From assembly GCF_963921235.1 (NCBI RefSeq), contig NC_086097.1, positions 221,218,001-221,282,000 of the forward strand: a stretch of 64,000 nucleotides of DNA. Reading direction: 5' to 3'. The stretch's first letter is position 1; each line of letters opens with the position of its first letter. The DNA comes from Mobula hypostoma. Lineage: Eukaryota. This document shows, piece by piece, positions 36,179 to 49,172 of the stretch. The position numbers were made by a program, and so were the translations under genes. The notes under the pieces are model-generated. The model saw only the letters and a program-made list of their open reading frames with translations. It made no database searches and was not told the origin of the DNA.

Positions 36179-36689
36179 TGCTCCCAATCTACATTGTCAA
36201 GTCCTATCTTATGGTATTGAAATACATGTAGGTAGTAGTTTTAATGCACCAAGATTTCCTACACAATACAGCAAATTTGACAGGGTAAGATAGGTGATCA
36301 AAAGCCCAAGTCAGAAAGAGAGGTTAAAAGGAGTCCAGGTCTTAACCAAACCTTGTGGGTCATGGAAGTAAGGGGCCCAGATGTTGAGAGGGAGAACTAG
36401 GGTGCAAAGACAGGGGTTTAGGGCCAATTATAAAAACATAGGGCTTTTCAAAAGTATGGATCAGGTTTATTTTCACTGATATATGGTGTGATATTTCAGT
36501 ACAGTGCAAAGACATAACATTTTCAATAATTAAAGAGTGCAAAATAAAATGGAATAACGAGTTAGAGCTCAGGCGTTCATGGACTGTTTAAAATATGATA
36601 ACAGAGGTATAATAAAGCTGTTCCCCAAACATCAAGTGTTAGTCTCCAGGTTCCGGAACCTCCTCTCCATCAGTAGTAATGTGAAGATG

Positions 36690-36878
36690 ATAAGACTGCA
36701 AGACATTGGAGCAGAATTAGGCCATTCAGCCCATTAATTCTGCTCTGCCATTCCATCGTGGCTGACTGATTATCTCTCGAAACCCCATTCTCCTACCTTC
36801 TCCTCCCTTCTCCTCATAACTTTTGTCACCCTTACTACTAATCAAGAACCTATCAATCTCTGCTTTAAATATACCCAG
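36690..36878 (-). mobile_element. CR1 3' UTR fragment
   Basis: Reverse complement of the 17530-17705 type end (GIFKAEIDRFLIS). Confidence 0.8.
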
Positions 36879-36992
36879 GAGGAGAGGGCATGTGCTGGTG
36901 AGGTAAGTCGATAAGGATGGGTGAGGTGTAGGCACTGCTGGCACTGGTAGTTAGTGGGGATCAGTTGTAAGGAGTAAAGGTCTATATTCTGC

Positions 36993-37522
36993 TGTTACAC
37001 GGAAACAGGTTCACGGATTTGATAAGTGGGGCAGAAGACATTGATTGAATTGCATTAACTATTTATTTACAAAGAAACTGTGAAACGCTCAACAAAGCAT
37101 CTAAGTCAAACAAGTACTTACCGAAGCCCCAAGTTACAAAATTAGAACACTAAACATTCAATAACACTTCTAACTTAAATAGGTACATCGTTAAGTCCCC
37201 CCAAGTTACACAATTACACTATCTGTGCATGTAAGAATTCCTTTCTGCTGCACACTTTCCCAATGTTCCATCAGTCCTGGTCGCATCCCATTCTGAAGAG
37301 GAGCCCCTAGCGAAAAGAGACAGGGGGTCTCACATGCGCTGTTCTTATTCTCCTGGGGTGCCTGGAGCCATAAGCCGGTGCCGTGGCATGAAAGCCAGCC
37401 AATAGGAGAGAGCTGCCTTATCCTTCGAAGAGGCCAATCAGTGACCAGCATTGCGGAAGCAAATTCTGACCAGCTGGTAAGTTAACCCTTCGCATTATGG
37501 AGACCTGTAGGCATGTCCATCA
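36993..37522 (-). mobile_element. Possible solo LTR
   Basis: Distinct TG-starting block between LINE-like flanks, with AATAAA near one end on the minus strand and CCAAT boxes. No TSD identified; right boundary uncertain. Confidence 0.3.
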
Positions 37523-37854
37523 GTCGTCAGGGTAGGCACCAACACCAGGATTGAGGGTGGGGTAGAAGTTAGGTTTGAGTTGCAAATTTGAAAACAGAAC
37601 ACAAGAGTCCCTATTAGATTAGAGCCACAAGGCCTGAAGGAGATCCAGGTGTGTACCTCCTTCAATGGGACCCACAGTAATGGTCAGGAACAGTTCCTGT
37701 GCTGGTACCTCCATCACATCAGCAAACAGAGCACCAGATCCACATCTTTTTATCTTTTATTTTGCATCGGATTTGAATGAAATCACTCATGTGAACGTGG
37801 TGCTTTGAAATCCAATTTCTTGGCAATACTTCATTTTAAGTAAAGCTGCGTGCT

Positions 37855-38163
37855 GATGATAGAGGTGTCTAAGATGATAAGAGGGATAGTGTACAGCAGT
37901 GCCTTTTTCCCAGGGTGGCAATGGCTAATATGAGAGTGCACAATTCTAAGGTGATTGGAGGAAACTATAGGGGGCTGTCAGTGATATCAGAGTCATAAAG
38001 GCATGGTGTGCACGGCCAGGGGCGGTGGTAGAGGCAAATACATTAAGGACATTTAAGAGACTCTTAGATAGGCACACGGTTGAAAGAAAAATAGAGGGCT
38101 ACGTGGAAGGGAAGGGTTAGATTGGTCCAAAGGGCCTGTACTGTGCAGTACTGTTCTATGTTC
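37855..38163 (+). mobile_element. CR1 3' fragment
   Basis: MIEVSKMIRGI..FPR...FKRLLDR and the GGGCCTGTACTGTG..TTCTATGTTC 3' UTR. Confidence 0.8.
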
Positions 38164-38924
38164 CTCAATACATTTTCTCATCACATGATCATGTGTATCT
38201 TTGACATTTACTTCATTTACAAGGTGCTCTATTCTTACAAGACTTAAAGAGGGTATGAGATGGTCAGAATTTTCCTAAGATATGAAACATTGCACCCAAG
38301 AAAGTATCAGAATGTGCATTTCCTTTCCAAACATTCACTTCCGCACTGTGCAATCCTTAGCCCAGTGCTAACTACATAAAGAGGATATAGCAAACAGCAT
38401 TTTGGCTCCTTCTGCTTATCCTAAACTCACTCCTCTGTTGTTTGCTTATTCTTTTGAAGCTCTGGGATACAAATATATATATATATATATATCAAAGTCT
38501 TGCATTTGGACAGAACTTAGGCTCTGGCACTGTGACAAAAGCAAATTCAACAGAAGGTTTTCTCATTCTACTACCCCAGAGCACTTCTCAAGACATGAAA
38601 GGTGGGCTGAGTCAAAGTACACATTATGTGCCCCTGCATGAAGTTGACAAGGCTGCGTGAACTGACATCTCTTTTTGGCTCACAGCTGGACAGGCTGGGA
38701 GCCCCAGGTAAAGCTGTGCTGAAATGTGACAACTTGACGGGTGAGGCCGTATTAAGTACCAGTCTCAGGAAGCACATAAGGAGGCCTAGCCTTGCCTTAA
38801 AGAGCTATTAGATTGTTGGTGAAGGAATTATTGATGGGAATAATAATCCCATCCTAAAGGATGGGAGCTGTGCATTTATGTCAAATCCTTGATATCACTC
38901 TTTCTTACCATTTGATGCAATTTT

Positions 38925-39095
38925 AATTTATTATTTATTTAGCGATACTGTGCTGAACAGGCCCTTCTGGACTGTGAAAGGAAACCGGAGCACCTGGAAG
39001 TAAAACATGGGCTCATGGGAAGGACATACAAACTTCTTACAGATGGCGCCCGCATTGAAATTTCATCTCTGACGCCCCGATCTATAATAGAGTTG
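38925..39095 (-). mobile_element. Degenerate V-SINE-like fragment
   Basis: GGACTGTG..AGGAAACCGGAGCACC motif as in 40530-40828. Confidence 0.6.
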
Positions 39096-39819
39096 CTTTC
39101 CTAAAGGCTAGAGCCTACGATTCATGATCCAGTTGCACAAAAATGCAGTTGCTGTGATCTCTGCAAGCATCTGCAATGACACTTATTGTACTCAGAGTGG
39201 AAATAGAAAATTCCCTGAATTTTCCAGCGTATGTTTTCCCTATTTTGCAATTTCCTCCAGTTGAACACAGCACCCACGTGCACCAAATAGGAGTAACTTC
39301 AGTTTCTAAGCATAAATCATATTAACTTGAGTCATTGATATGTTATTTCAAAGCAGGCACATCTGACGATCACCTCACAGATGTCAGTATGTTCAGACAG
39401 CTGGATATACTGCACAGCTCTCTCTTGACAAGGCATTATTGTTACATATAGCCCTTTTACACTTTGGGCAGCGAAGTGCAAGTGACACAAATATACACAT
39501 TTCACCGGATATAATAAGATTTATTACTATTATACATCTAGAGTTGTGACTAATTTTTAGAGATTTTTTCCTCCTTACGTGCTTGGGTGTCATAAAAACT
39601 CCTGGACTGTTTAGTTCCAGATTTGAATTCCAAAGAGGTTTAGATTTTTGCCAGATTTACTTGGGATTGATTCATCACTGCCTGAACGATATATTGGATT
39701 CAGCTAGCACACAACTTCATGATACACCTTCCAGATTTGTTTCATCTCTGGCAGAAAGCATTTGATCTATTTTATATGAACACTTCAAGATTTGGCAGCA
39801 GCGTCAGCCAAGTATTTGT

Positions 39820-40136
39820 TGGTTCCATCAAGAAGGTGGCATTCATCATTTAAGACCCTCAACATCCGGGACAAACCCTCTTCATGTAACTACCATCAGG
39901 GAGGACATGCAGGAGCCTGAAGACCCGCACTCAATATTTTAGGACCAGCTTCTACCATCTGCCATGAGATTTCTGAATGGACCATGAACCTGAGAACACG
40001 ACCTCCTTATTTGATTTCTTGCATTATATATTTATTTTTGTAATTTACTTTAATATTTATATCTTGCACTGTACTGCCGCCACAAAGCAACAGATTTCAC
40101 AATATATGTCAGTGATAATAAACCTGATTCTGACTT
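39820..40136 (+). mobile_element. Rex1/Babar-like 3' fragment
   Basis: KKVAFII.DPQHPG..LF..LPSG...SLKT..FRTSF.PSA.RFLN. AATAAA plus (CTGATT)n tail. Confidence 0.8.
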
Positions 40137-40529
40137 CTGCCTTGGTTCCTACTTCCTGTCCTGACTGTGTAAGGTCACCTTGGTACACTGACTAAGAGCA
40201 CAAGTTTCATTGTTTTGCCTGAAATTATATTCTTTCTGATTAGCGTTTAAGGACTGGCTTTTAAATGAACCACTTTTTTTCCCAAGTCTGGAAGCAAAGT
40301 TTGGTGTACAAATCTGAAGGAAATTCATTCTCCATGAGGAGCTCTGCAGGTGTACATCCTGAGGTAGTGTACAGAGACATTCAGCACTTCGACAAAAAGC
40401 TGGCTGAGAGATATTTCATGCTGAGTTTTAAATACCCCTCTAACACGTGCTACTTGAGAACTTCTTTAACCATTCTGACTGACCTTTTGGCTGCTAAAAT
40501 TAAACTGGAAAATATGAAACTATGAGGGT

Positions 40530-40828
40530 ATTTATTTAATTTTTCATTTATTGGGGTACAGCGCATAATTTGCCCTTCTGGCCCTTTGAGCTGCCAAGCA
40601 TCTTCTGGATTTAATCCTAGCTAAATCACAGGACAATTTACAATAACCAATTAACCTTCCAACCGGTACGTCTTTGGACTGTGGGAGGAAACCAGAGCAC
40701 CCAGAGGAAACCTACGTGGTCACGGGGAGAATGAACAAACTCCCTGCAGGCAGCAGCGGGAATCGAACCTGGGTCGCCTGTACTGTGAAGCATTGTGCTA
40801 ACCACTACACTACCATGCCACTCCACGG
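40530..40828 (-). mobile_element. tRNA-derived V-SINE-like element
   Basis: Minus strand shows A-box-like GGTAGTGTAGTGG, B-box GGTTCGATTCC and the central GGTTTCCTCCCACAGTCCAAAGACG motif. Confidence 0.85.
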
Positions 40829-41519
40829 TACATTTGATATTATTCATTTCATGAAGTTTACCAAAAGGATAGATTGAACTGGCTGCTATTGGCTAACAGA
40901 AGCTCACCAGCTCAGCTATGGTGTGTATGTATAGACTGTAGCCCATCTATTGTACTTTTGGTAATGATACATGAACCCATGTGTTTCAGTTCAGTCCACT
41001 GTAAGTGACTATTTATCAGTGTCAGGAGTCACTGAAAAGGCATACCAGGACTTCAATGGGATTTTTGGTGGCTTGTTCCTATAGCACTGACAATTATATT
41101 TGCAAACAAATGATTCAAGGTTTTGGTACAAACTGGGCTGGTAAACAAACATTCTGGCAATTCACTTTCTTGTGGAATATCCCTGTGTGTGTAGTATTGC
41201 ACTCAACTGAAATCTTTCCACTCAGACTAATAGGGATTTTATCACTCTCTGACCATTCCTAATGCGTCCAACACACGTGTCAATTCATTGTGATGACTAT
41301 TGTATTGGTAAGATTCACCATGTGCACACAAGTTTGAAGTTAGGTCATATTTTTAAAGTGTTTTCATAGACCCTCTTCATTGCTAAGTTTTTCAGTGGGT
41401 TCAGACCCAGTTCGTGACTTGTCCACAGTTAAAGGTTCACATTAGAGTTGTCAGGCAGGACCAGGAAACAGCAGTCAGAGCTCTGGCAAGAGCATTCTGC
41501 TTGGCATTCTCAATCAAGC

Positions 41520-42020
41520 TCGTGTTATTTTATTTCGAACATAAACCTTATTCATAATTTTTTTAAAAATACACAAAATAATAAACAGTGCAAAACTTAT
41601 ACATTCATATTCAATATATACGTAATGTTGCATTGTTTTGCATCTATTACACTGTTGCCACTCGTGTCATCTTGAGAGATTTCTTCTTATTAAAATAAAG
41701 CTCAGTTGCACAGGCTTACCATGGCATTGTGCATGTTCGTATTCTTGGTATCACTGATTTGGGACCCACTTTTTCTAATTGTAGCAAATAACCTATTTCT
41801 AGGGTGGAGAATCTGCATATCAAAATCAGACAGAAATGTTCTAGATGTTTCTTTCTCAATTTGGGCAAACTTGTGCTCACTCCTTCCATGAGACAGGAAG
41901 AGAAAATGATGAAATAGGCTAAACTGAGCTCAGTACCACATTTCAGATTTGGCTTCACTCTCCTGCACTTTGCTGTGATTCGCTGGTAATGGGCTATAGC
42001 TATACTAGTCTCTTGTGGTG
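41520..42020 (-). mobile_element. Possible L1/Tx1 3' fragment
   Basis: AATAA(A)-rich tail on the minus strand preceded by decayed coding-like sequence with Cys residues. Weak match. Confidence 0.35.
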
Positions 42021-42221
42021 GATACATTGAGTTTTTGGATGTATGTTTGTAATTTCGATGAACAAAAAGCCTTACATTCATATTTTGCATGTTCAATAGC
42101 TTTGAATGAATTTGTTTATCTTTCAGCCCACACAGAGATCCTTAGTATAAGTCATGAACTAACTATATCTGATAAATATAAGGGATCTTAATCTGCTAAG
42201 TGGGCTGAGGAATAGCAAATC

Positions 42222-43285
42222 AAAACCACAAAAGATTCTGCAGAAGCTGGAAATCTAGAGCAACACGCACAAAATGCTGGAGGAGCTTGGTAGGTCAGGC
42301 AGCATCAATGGAAATGAATAAACAGTCCATGGTTTGGGCTGAGATCTTACATCAGGACTGGAAAGGAAGGGGGAAGATACCAGAATAAGAAGATGTGGGG
42401 AGGGGAAGGAGGACAAGCTAGAAGGTGATAGGTGGCCAGGTGGGTGGGGGAGGGGGATGAAGTAAGAAGCTGGGAGGTGATATGTGGAAAAAGCAAAGGG
42501 TGAGAGAAGAGGGTGGACCATGGGAGAATGGGAAGGAGGACGGGCACCAGTAAAAGGTGATAGACAGCTGAGGAGAAGAGGTAAGAGGCTAGAGTGGGGA
42601 ATTGAAGAAGAGAGAAGGAAGAGGGGAAAATTAGGAGGTTGGGAAAATCGATGTTCTTGCCGTCAGGTTGGAGACTACCTAGATGGAATATGACGTGTTG
42701 CTCCTCCATCCTGAGAATGACTCCATCATGGCAGAAGAGGAAGTCATGGACTGACATATCAGAATGGGAATGGAGATAGGAATTAAAATGATTGGCTACT
42801 GGGAAGTTCTGCTTTTTGCGAATGGAGCAGAGGTGCTCGACAAAGTGGTTCCCTCAATCTACGCTGGGTGTCGCCAGTGTAGAGGAAGCCACACCAGGAG
42901 CACTGGATACAGTAGACAACCCCAACAGGTGACATTGGAAGGTCTGTTGAGGTCCTGAATGGAGCTGAGAGAGGAGGTGAATGGGCAGGTCTTCTGTATC
43001 TTTCAGGGATAAGTGCCATGATAGAGATTAGTTGGGAGGGACGAATGGACGGGCAATCATGGAGAAAGCAATCCCTGCTGAAAGTGGAGAGTGGGGGTGG
43101 CAGGTAAAGATGGGATTGGTAGTAAGGCCCTGTCGATTATGGTGGAAGTTGCAGAGAGTGATATGTTGGATGTCGAAGCACATGGGTGGGAGGTGAGTAC
43201 AAGAGGAACTTTATCCCTGTTAAGGTGATGGGAAGATGGGAAGAGCACGGATGCCTGGAAAATGGTGGGGATGCGGGTGAGGTCA
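42222..43285 (-). mobile_element. Older Penelope-like element 3' portion
   Basis: GVVYCIQCS.CGFLYTGDT.RRL; MSVH..FCHD...RMEEQHVIFHLGSLQPDG.NIDF; pLTR. Confidence 0.88.
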
Positions 43286-44160
43286 GAAATGAAGTTTAAT
43301 TCAGATTGGTGTGCTTTGGTGCATTTTGGAAAGTCAAATCAGGGTAGCATTTTCTCGTAGGACAGAGGGATCTTGGAGTTCAAATACATGATTCTCCAGA
43401 AGTGAAGTCATAGGTAGAGAGGTGATGATGAAGGTTTTTGGCACGCTGGCCTTCATCAGTCAGGGCACTGAGTATAAACGTTAGGAGTTGATAGCTCAGA
43501 ATACAGACACTGGTGAGGCCCCACTTTGAGTATTCTGTTCATCTTGCTGTTGGAAAGATGTCATTAAATTGGAAATACTGCAGAAAAAAAATACAAGGAT
43601 GTTAAACACAAAATAATCTGCAGATTCTGGGGTCAAAGCAACACTCACAACACACTGGAGGAACTCAGCAGGTCAGGAAGCATCTGTGGAAAAGATCGGT
43701 CGACGTTTCGGGCCGGAACCCTTTGTCAGGACTGTAGGAGGAAGGGCAGAGGCCCTATAAAGAAGGTGGGGGGAGGGTGGGAAAGAGAAGGCTGGTAGGT
43801 TCCAGGTAGGTTCCACTGAAGTGTTCCAGTCCGAAACATCGACTGATCTTTTCCACGGATGCTGCCCGATCTGCTGAGTTCCTCCAGCGTGTTGTGAATA
43901 CAAGGATGTTACCAGGACTTGAGGGACTGAGTTATGGGGAGAGGTTGGCCATAAGACCATAAGACGTAGCAGTAGAATTAGGCCATTCAGCCCATCGAGT
44001 CTGCTCTGCCATTCCATCATGGCTGATCCTGGATCACATTCAACCCCATACACCTGCCTTCTTACCATATATAAGATCAACTTGGCCAGACTAGGACTTT
44101 ATTCCTTGGAGTGTAAGAAACGGAGAGATGATTTTATAGAGGTGTATAAAATCACAAGAG
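43285..44160 (+). mobile_element. Old CR1 fragment interrupted by a Penelope insertion and an inverted CR1 3' UTR (about 43950-44070)
   Basis: MKFNS..VHFGKSN, LVRPHFEY, TRMLPGLEGLSY.ERL, LGLYSLE motifs. Confidence 0.75.
43605..43896. mobile_element. Penelope-like inverted two-arm insertion (second family)
   Basis: Minus arm 43605-43808, plus arm about 43812-43896. TSD AATACAAGGATGTTA at 43590-43604 and 43897-43911. Hammerhead core mutated (CTGACAA). Confidence 0.88.
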
Positions 44161-46385
44161 GAATCAGAATCAGGTTTATTATCATCGGCATGTGATGTGA
44201 AATTTGTTAATTTAGCAGCAGCAGTTCAATGCAATACATAATCTAGCAGACAGAGAGAGAGAAAAAATAATAAATAAAATAAAACTTAATAATAAATAAA
44301 CAAATAAATCAATTACATATATTGAATAGACTTAAAAAACGTGCAAAAACAGAAATATGGGTGTCCCCTGCTTTTCGAACGTTCACTTTACAAAACCTCA
44401 CTGTTACAAAAGACCTACATTTGTACCCTGTTTTTGCTTTCAGAAGGTGTTTTCACTGTTACGAAGGAAGGCAGCGCGCGATAAAAAATCAGCACACGAA
44501 AAAATCAGCGTGCGATAAAAGGCAGCACGCGCCCCGAGTGGCCGCTCTGCCCCGGATTCGGAACGGCATTGCTTAAACACGAGCCTGTGAGCAGCCGTTT
44601 GCAAGATGAGTTCTAAGGTGTCGGAAAAGCCTGAAAGAACTCGTAAGGGTGTTACACTTAGCGTAAAACTAGACATAATTAAGCGTTTTGATCGTGGTGA
44701 ACGAAGGAAGGACAAAGTGAGTTTGGCTTGTGGAAACTGACGAAGATGATGTTGAAGAGGTTTTGGCATCCCATGACCAAGAACTGATAGATGAAGAGTT
44801 GATGCAATTGTAAGAGGAAAGGATAACAATCGAAACCGAATGCAGTAACGAAAGTGAAGTCATCCAGGAACTGAACATGAAGCAACTGTATGAGATTTTC
44901 GCTGCAATGATAAAGTACGACTTTAATTTTGAAAGGCTACGTAGGTTTAGGGGATATTTGCAGGATGGTTTGAGTGCTTACAAAGAACTGTGTGATAGAA
45001 AAATGCTCGAGGTTCAGCAGTCAAGCAAGCCTTCCACATCAGCCACAGCAGACGACAAACCTCGACCTTCGACATCGAGGCAGGCAGTCATAAGAGAAGA
45101 TGAGCTGCCTGCCCTGATTGACAATGAGATGACACCCCCGTGTCCTACCACCCCAACCCCCGGGCCCCGGACAGATACTGTACCAATTCGTGGAGAATGC
45201 AGCAGTAGCCGGGAGGCACACAGCACATCTTTAAGAAAAAAACCAAAATGAACATGCTAATTAATTAGGTGCCGCCTAGCATGTAATTGTCGGCCCAGAT
45301 CAGTACCGATGCAATCGGCAATCGCCTCTGATCTGCGCTGACATTTACGTGCTGGGCAGCACCTAATTAATTAGCATGTTTATTTCGGCTTTTTTCTTAG
45401 AGATGTGCTGTGTGCCTCCCGGCTACCCCTGCGTGCTTCGCGGCAATGTATCGCTCGGCGACCTGGAGGGTGGGGGCCACTGCACCACCCCAACCTGCGA
45501 CGACTCGGTCTAACACACCATCATCAGTGTGCTCGATGTCTTCCCAATTCCCGTAAGTGATACTACACTGTACATATATTATTTCTTCTTTATATAGGTT
45601 GTGTATTTTTACGTGTTATTTGGTAGATTTGGTAGCTTCATAGTTTAAAGATTACTGAAGAGCGCGTTTATGCCAACAGCGCTTGCGTGAGATTTTCTGC
45701 CGAGAGCGCTTGCGTGAGATTTTCGCTACGGAGATCTGTGCAGGCAATCGTTGAAGAGAAGTATTTCTACTTTATATAGGCTGTGTATTTATCATATCAT
45801 TCCTGCTTTTACTATATGTTACTGCTATTTTAGGTTTTATGTGTTATTTGGCATGATTTGGTAGGTTATTTTTGGGTCTGCGAACACTCACAAAATTTTC
45901 CCATATAGATAAATGGTAATTGCTTCTTCGCTTTACAACATTTCGGCTTACGAACCGTTTCATAGGAACGCTCTACCTTCGGATGGCAGGGGAAACCTGT
46001 ACTGTATGTTTTTAAAAAAGTGAGGTGGTGTCCAAAGCTTCAATGTCCAATTAGGAATTGGATAGCAGAGGGGAAGAAGCTGTTCCTGAATCGCTGAATG
46101 TGTGCCTTCAGGCTTCTGTATCTCCTACCTGACGGTAACAGTGAGAAAAGGGCATGCCCTGGGTGCTGGAGGTCCTTAACAATGGACGCTGCCTTTCTGA
46201 GACACCGCTCCCTAAAAATGTCCTGGGTACTTTGTAGGCTAGTGCCCAAGATGGAGCTGACTAGATTTAAAACCTTCTGCAGCTTCTTTTGGTCCTGTGC
46301 AGTAGCCCCTCCATACCAGACAGTGATGCAGCCTGTCAGAATTGTCTCCATGGTAAAACTATAGACGTTTTTGAGTGTATTAAGA
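44161..46385 (-). mobile_element. Rex1/Babar-like 3' fragment split by a Tigger-like element
   Basis: ORF 46040-46351 ILTGCITVWYG...DLQHPGHALFSLLPSGRRYRSL..RFRNSFFPSA. 3' UTR and (CTGATT)n tail at 44161-44357. Confidence 0.88.
44358..45999 (+). mobile_element. Tigger/pogo-family internally deleted DNA transposon
   Basis: Imperfect TIRs TGGGTGTCCCCTGC..TCGAA / TTCGGA..GCAGGGGAAACCTG. TA TSD at 44356-44357 and 46000-46001. CENP-B/psq-like N-terminus (RKGVTLSVKLDIIKRFDRGER) joined to an acidic C-terminal part (EDDVEEVLASHDQELIDEELM). Confidence 0.88.
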
Positions 46386-46722
46386 GGGATTTTAAGAGGG
46401 ATGGATAAGGTAAATACACTCAGTATTTATCTCAGCGTTGGGGAATCAAGAACTGGAGGACATAGGTTTAAGGTGAGAAGGGAAAGATTTAATAATAATT
46501 TAATGGTTAACTATTTTATACGAAGTATGATATGCTTGTGGATTGAGTTGGTAGAAGAAGTGATTGAAGTAGGTACAATAACAATTTGTAAAAGAGAGTT
46601 GGACAGATACAGAGGTAGGGAAGGTTTAGAAGATGATGGACCAACAGTAGATGGAACAACCCAGCATGTTCCACGTGAACCAGTTGGGCAAAGATCCTGT
46701 TTCTCTACTGTATGACTTTCTA
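46378..46722 (+). mobile_element. Old CR1 3' fragment
   Basis: ILRGMDKV...SRTGGHRFKVR.ERF...ELDRY. Confidence 0.8.
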
Positions 46723-46945
46723 TGACTCCGACTAACAAGGAAGCAAAATTGCCATACAAAGTTAAACTCTTTAATGAAGTAATGCATTCACCAATTGACC
46801 TACTCAACTTCTTAAGTTGTTTCAGATGGCTTTAGATTAATGTGAACTTTCCTTTTCTATATAACATACACTGCTTTTTTGTGGCATCACACCAGATTCT
46901 TTTGTACCTGTGTTGTTCAGGACTATATCTTTTTCACCACCCTGT

Positions 46946-48272
46946 AAGACCATAAGACATAAGACATAAGAGCAGAATTAGCACATTTGGCCCATTGGGT
47001 CTGCTCCGCCATTCAGTCATGGCTGATCCTTTCTTCTCGTCCTCAACCACATTCCCTGGCTTTCTCCCCTTAGCCTTTGATGCCATGTCCAATCAAGAAT
47101 CTATTAAGCTCTGCCTTAAATACACCCAACGACCTGGCCTCCACAGATGCCTATGGTAACAAATTCCAAAAATTCACCACCCACTGGCTAAAGAAATTTC
47201 TAAGCATCTCTGTTTTACATGGACGCCCCTCTATTCTGAGGCTGTGTAAAACTTGTCCTAGATTCCCCCACCATGAGAAACATCCTTTCCACATCTACTC
47301 TGTCTAGGCCTCTCAAGATTCAAAAGGCTTCAATGAGATTCCGCCCCCCCCCCCACCATCCTTCTAAATGCTGGTGAGTACAGACACAGAGCCATCAAAC
47401 GTTCCTTATATAATACCCCTTTCATTCTCGGAATCATCCTTGTGAACTGGCTCTGGACCCTCTCCAATGCCTGTACATCTTTTCTTAGATGAGGGGCCCA
47501 AAACTGTTCACAATACTCAAGGTGAAGTCACACCAGTGCCTTAAAAAGCCTCAACATCACTTCCCTGCTCTTGTATTCAAGACCTTTTGAGATGAACGCT
47601 AATATTGCATTTGCATTCCTCACCACTGACTCAACCTGCAAGTTAAACTTTAGGGTGTTCTGCACAAGGACTCCCAAGTCCCTTTGCATCTCAGCTTTCT
47701 GGATTTTCTCCCCATTTAGAAAAAAGTCTGCGCATTTATTTCTACTACCAAAGTGCATGATCATGCATTTTCCAACATTGTATTTCATTTGCCACTTTCT
47801 TGCCCATTCTCCTAATCTGTCTAAGTCCTTCTGCAGCCTACCTGTTTTCTCAACACCACCTGCCCCTCCACCAATCTTCATATCATCTGCAAACTTGGCA
47901 ACAAAGTCATCTATTCCATCATCTAAATCATTGATATACAGCATAAAAAGAAATGGTCCCAACACCGACCCCTGCAGAACACCTTTAATCACTGGCAGCC
48001 ACCCAGACAATGATCCTTTTATTCCCACTCGCTGCCTCCTACCAATCAGCCAATGCTCTAAGCATGCCAGTAACTTTCCTGAAATACCATGGGCTCTTAA
48101 CTTGGTAAGCAGCTTCATGTGTGGCACCTTGTCAAAGACCTTCTGTAAGTCCAAAGATACAACATCCGCTGCATCCCCTTTATCTACCCTATGTGTAATC
48201 TCCTCAAAGAGTTCCAACAGGTTCTTCTGGCAAAATTTTCCCTTAATGAATCCATGCTGACTTTGTCCTGTC
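46946..48272 (-). mobile_element. CR1 LINE RT and 3' end
   Basis: ORF 47528-48217 DVVSLDLQKVFDKVPH, QGSVLGP.LF..YINDL, KFADD, WQMKYNVGKC. (TCTTATG)n tail. Confidence 0.95.
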
Positions 48273-48277
48273 TAATC

Positions 48278-48410
48278 ACAAACAAGAGAAAATCTGCAGA
48301 TGCTGAAAATCCAAGCAACACACAGAAAGTGCTGGGGAAGCTCAGCAGGCCAGGCAGCATCTTTGGAAACAAGTACATTGACATTTTGGGCCAAGACCCT
48401 TCAGCAGAAC
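48278..48410 (-). mobile_element. Penelope pLTR end fragment
   Basis: AAATCTGCAGATGCTG..CAGGCCAGGCAGCATC..GGGCCAAGACCCTTCAGCAG. Confidence 0.8.
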
Positions 48411-48937
48411 AGTTCCAAAGCAATTGTCTGAATGAGTGCTGGAGTATTCTGTGTGCAGATATCTTTGCAGTAATGTTTGCTTCAGCTGCCCCTATACATA
48501 TAGAACACAGAACATAGAAATAATCCTAATATCCTAATATTGCACAGTTAAAACAAACTATCCTCCATATGGTTGCACACCTTTGTGATTATGAAGCATT
48601 AATGAACTCATTATACTGTTGGAGTGTGGATTGAATATAAAGTGTACCATTTTACAAGTGGTGGACACTGGAAAAGATTTAGTTTGCATCTGCAACCATG
48701 TACTGTTAATTTTGAAGAGATTGTACCTGATTTGTGCTTTCTATGCTGACGAGGTGAATCTGGTGATGTTGTGCTTTCCTTTTCTGCTGGAGTTAAAGCC
48801 CCATATTAATTTGTTTAAGTAAAGCTTTCTCCTAGTCCCACACAATGAGAAACACTTCTTATCTCACCACTAAAGCGTTTTTCATTTGCAGCCTTTTGTT
48901 AAGTTTCCACCTGATATTTTCCATCATTTTACTGATA

Positions 48938-49172
48938 CTTTACTCAGAGAGTGGTAGCTGTGTGGAATGAGCTTCCAGCAGAAGTGGTTGAGGCTGGTTC
49001 GATGTTGTCATTTAAAGTTAAATTGGACAGCTATATGGACAGGAAAGGAATGGAGGGTTATGGGCTGAGTGCAGTTCGGTGGGACTAGGCGAGAGTAAGA
49101 GTTCGGCAGGGACTAGAAGGGCCGAGATGACCTGTTTCCGTGCTGTAATTGTTATATGGTTATATGGTTATA
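48938..49172 (+). mobile_element. CR1 3' end fragment
   Basis: FTQRVVAVWNELPAEVVEAG..FKVKLD. (ATATGGTT)n tail. Confidence 0.9.

Noticed and set aside
40770..40828. tRNA genes at the A/B-box motifs (also near 54291 and 59196)
   Set aside because: They are SINE heads continuing into V-domain-like bodies; I could not form a complete cloverleaf.
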